DNA of 5,533 nucleotides from a virus: IMG/VR virus record IMGVR_UViG_3300045988_041431. One strand, written 5' to 3'. Position numbers and translations under genes: made by a program. Shown here piece by piece: positions 5,036-5,533 of the stretch. The notes under the pieces were generated by a model that was not told where the DNA came from, did not search any database, and saw nothing but the letters and a program-made list of their open reading frames with translations. The stretch's first letter is position 1; every line of letters begins with the position of its first letter.

Positions 5036-5215
5036 GTGGAAACTGTTGAAAACTCGTTTTTTTAACGTTACTGCGTTTATTTATTGCCTTTTTGCCTGTT
5101 GAAAACTTTGTTGAAAACTTGTTGAATTGTTGAAAGTTCGTCATTATGACGAAAACCTTTGTGCAACTTTATGTTGAAAACCTGTGGAAAGTGTTGAAAA
5201 CTCAAGTTTTCCACA
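5036..5215. repeat. Iteron-like array in the VP2-Rep intergenic region (core TGTTGAAAAC)
   Basis: Perfect TGTTGAAAAC copies lie at 5044..5053, 5097..5106, 5109..5118, 5172..5181 and 5192..5201, all in the same orientation. Degenerate copies lie at 5121..5128 (GTTGAATT) and 5129..5137 (GTTGAAAGT). In the central cluster the GTTGAAAAC cores start at 5098, 5110, 5121 and 5129. An 18-nt composite GTGGAAA[C/G]TGTTGAAAAC occurs twice (5036..5053 and 5184..5201). An inverted partial copy GTTTTCCACA lies at 5206..5215. Confidence 0.8.
5137..5153. repeat. 17-nt perfect palindrome TTCGTCATTATGACGAA embedded in the iteron array
   Basis: The arm ttcgtcat (5137..5144) and the arm atgacgaa (5146..5153) are reverse complements around a central t. 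In ssDNA this can form a 7-bp stem with a 3-nt loop. Its 5' end abuts the last degenerate iteron. Confidence 0.7.
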
Positions 5216-5242
5216 TTCTCTATTTTTTGGATTATTGTTACT

Positions 5243-5270
5243 AAAAAAGGGGGATGTTTTGCCATCCCCC
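5243..5270 (-). terminator. Rho-independent terminator downstream of VP2
   Basis: The minus strand reads TAA GAAAAGGA [GGGGGATG GCAAAA CATCCCCC] TTTTTT AG. The stem is 8 bp (5249..5256 pairing with 5263..5270), the loop is 6 nt, and a T6 tract follows at 5248..5243. The structure begins 8 nt after the VP2 stop. Confidence 0.8.
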
Positions 5271-5278
5271 TCCTTTTC

Positions 5279-5533
5279 TTAGTTTCCTTTGTATGCGTTG
5301 AATGTGTCCATGTTTGGCATGATTGGCACTCTTTGGTTGTACTTTTTGAAGTTTCCTGCTGTGTCTTTGGCTGCTTTGCCAGCCTTTTTTGCTGCGTCTT
5401 TGGCTGCTTTACCAGCTCCTGCAAGGCCTGCACCTAACTTGCTAGCTGCATAGGTGTACTGTTGCGCCTGTTTTGCGCTTGAGGTTGCTAGCTCGCTCGC
5501 TGCCTGTTCCCAGCTTTTCGCACTCTTAAGTTG
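5279..5533 (-). CDS. VP2: DNA pilot protein VP2, C-terminal part (the same gene as 1..680; 5457..5533 duplicates 1..77)
   Basis: I checked this frame codon by codon from 5455 down to the TAA stop at 5281..5279. The translation is ...QQYTYAASKLGAGLAGAGKAAKDAAKKAGKAAKDTAGNFKKYNQRVPIMPNMDTFNAYKGN*. The unique coding part is 5279..5456. Confidence 0.85.
   Translation of the reverse strand, partial: QLKSAKSWEQAASELATSSAKQAQQYTYAASKLGAGLAGAGKAAKDAAKKAGKAAKDTAGNFKKYNQRVPIMPNMDTFNAYKGN
5457..5533. repeat. Terminal direct repeat, copy 2 (duplicate of 1..77)
   Basis: This segment is an exact 77-nt match to 1..77. Confidence 0.97.

Noticed and set aside
5183-5215. DnaA-box-like words: TTTTCCACA (5207..5215) fits TTWTNCACA. 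The complement of 5183..5191 is CTTTCCACA (8 of 9 matches). A weaker copy lies at 5034..5042.
   Set aside because: These are 9-mers that form part of the larger composite and inverted repeat. Microvirus replication is not known to need DnaA. A single relaxed-consensus match is expected by chance in A/T-rich DNA.
5036-5215. Whether the short repeats could be a CRISPR array or a satellite.
   Set aside because: The repeat unit is only 10 nt, and the gaps between copies range from 0 to 43 nt, far from CRISPR repeat and spacer sizes. There are no cas genes, and the context is a phage intergenic region.
5077-5433. The 118-aa minus-strand ORF (MQALQELVKQPKTQQKRLAKQPKTQQ...).
   Set aside because: It is out of frame with the VP2 C-terminus, which it overlaps. 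Its repeat KQPKTQQ is just the alternate-frame reading of the VP2 AGKAAKD repeat. It then reads straight through the VP2 terminator hairpin (MAKHPPFL) and the iteron array, and it has no SD.

Overview
This window is one complete, circularly permuted ssDNA phage genome of the family Microviridae with gokushovirus-like architecture. It is given as the complement of the coding (viral) strand. Positions 1..77 recur exactly at 5457..5533, so the unique circle is 5,456 nt. Every credible gene lies on the minus strand. The genes are tightly packed, most have strong Shine-Dalgarno sites, and several have overlapping stop/start junctions. Transcription order is: Rep/VP4 (3951..4940); an AT-rich spacer with a near-consensus promoter; an M15-family zinc peptidase (3362..3754); a 38-aa Arg/Lys-rich J/ORF8-like peptide (3243..3359); a 38-aa helical peptide (3095..3211); an 84-aa small protein (2829..3083); a 149-aa acidic VP3-like scaffold candidate (2393..2842); the major capsid protein VP1 (719..2371); a GC hairpin; the DNA pilot protein VP2 (680..1, wrapping to 5456..5279); and a strong intrinsic terminator. 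Three of these genes are absent from the supplied ORF track: VP2 because it runs off the window edge, and the two 38-aa ORFs because they are short. The roughly 320-nt non-coding region between VP2 and Rep (4941..5278) is the most unusual part. It holds five perfect and two degenerate same-orientation copies of TGTTGAAAAC, a twice-repeated 18-nt composite, a 17-nt palindrome, a motif resembling the phiX174 origin core, and an 11-bp perfect hairpin that carries the Rep Shine-Dalgarno in its loop. All plus-strand ORFs in the track look like antisense shadows. No tRNA, rRNA, CRISPR array or transposable element is visible. Functional assignments come from recognised motifs only, since no searches could be run.
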